This document shows positions 63,804-64,000 of a DNA stretch of 64,000 bases, piece after piece (position 1 is the stretch's first letter; each line of letters starts with the position of its first letter). The notes beneath the pieces were generated by a model. It was not told where the DNA came from, did not search any database, and saw only the letters and a program-made list of their open reading frames with translations. The stretch comes from a virus. The position numbers and the translations under genes were made by a program. Where the stretch lies: positions 61,806-125,805 of the IMG/VR virus record IMGVR_UViG_3300034102_001514. One strand, written 5' to 3'.

Positions 63804-64000
63804 TTAAACCAAACAAAGTGGTGATTTATAAACATAACCTTCTGCATATTTTTCAATGTGTTTTGGAAATGGGTATATTACATTACGCTTATAGATTCCA
63901 TCAATTAATTGATAATGGCTGAGGTCTTCAATCTGACCATCTCTTACAAAATAGTTTGATAATTCGTAATTTTCGTGTATTTCGTTTAATTGACCTGTTT
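63804..64000 (-). CDS. C-terminal part of a hypothetical protein (5' end outside window)
   Basis: Open frame ...TGQLNEIHENYELSNYFVRDGQIEDL...KSPLCLV* running in from the right edge. Confidence 0.55.
   Translation of the reverse strand, partial: TGQLNEIHENYELSNYFVRDGQIEDLSHYQLIDGIYKRNVIYPFPKHIEKYAEGYVYKSPLCLV

Noticed and set aside
1-64000. Alternative genetic code (stop-codon reassignment as in some Bacteroidota phages)
   Set aside because: Conserved genes (polB, nrdA/B, groEL, helicase) are full length in code 11 and coding density is high. TGA and occasional TAG occur at sensible gene ends.
1-64000. tRNA/ncRNA genes and rho-independent terminators
   Set aside because: Intergenic gaps are short and largely occupied by promoter motifs. 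I saw no cloverleaf or convincing GC hairpin with a U-tract by eye; a tRNAscan/Infernal run would be needed to exclude them.

Overview
This is a 64-kb slice of a large, AT-rich, T4-like (probably jumbo) phage genome. Every credible gene is on the minus strand, packing is tight, and the genetic code is standard. The host is very likely Bacteroidota: there are 12 copies of the Bacteroidetes sigma70 promoter (TTTG-N19/20-TAnnTTTG-like), a protein with a type IX secretion (T9SS) C-terminal domain, and an NrdA lacking an ATP cone. Left to right, the window holds: (1) thyA (truncated) and a J-domain/GroEL/GroES chaperone block. (2) A small sugar-formylation island and promoter-bounded accessory genes. 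(3) A block of enzymes and small modules with (L/I)-x-E putative prohead-protease sites, including an Ntn hydrolase whose catalytic Cys directly follows LNE. (4) A 19.9-28.0 kb cluster of exported proteins: CsgG-like proteins, beta-barrel-like proteins, a cohesin/dockerin/T9SS scaffold, and two dockerin-like proteins with different binding domains inserted in a shared chassis. (5) A putative endolysin. (6) A ~15-kb glycosylation island ending in a carbamoyltransferase. (7) The replication module (clamp loader, clamp, PolB, RNR, helicase), interleaved with three Mom-like GNAT proteins, a DruA/DUF4338-like protein and a glycosyltransferase. The strongest candidate for an undescribed system is the phage-encoded cohesin-dockerin surface-display cluster. 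All family assignments come from motif recognition by eye, not from database searches.
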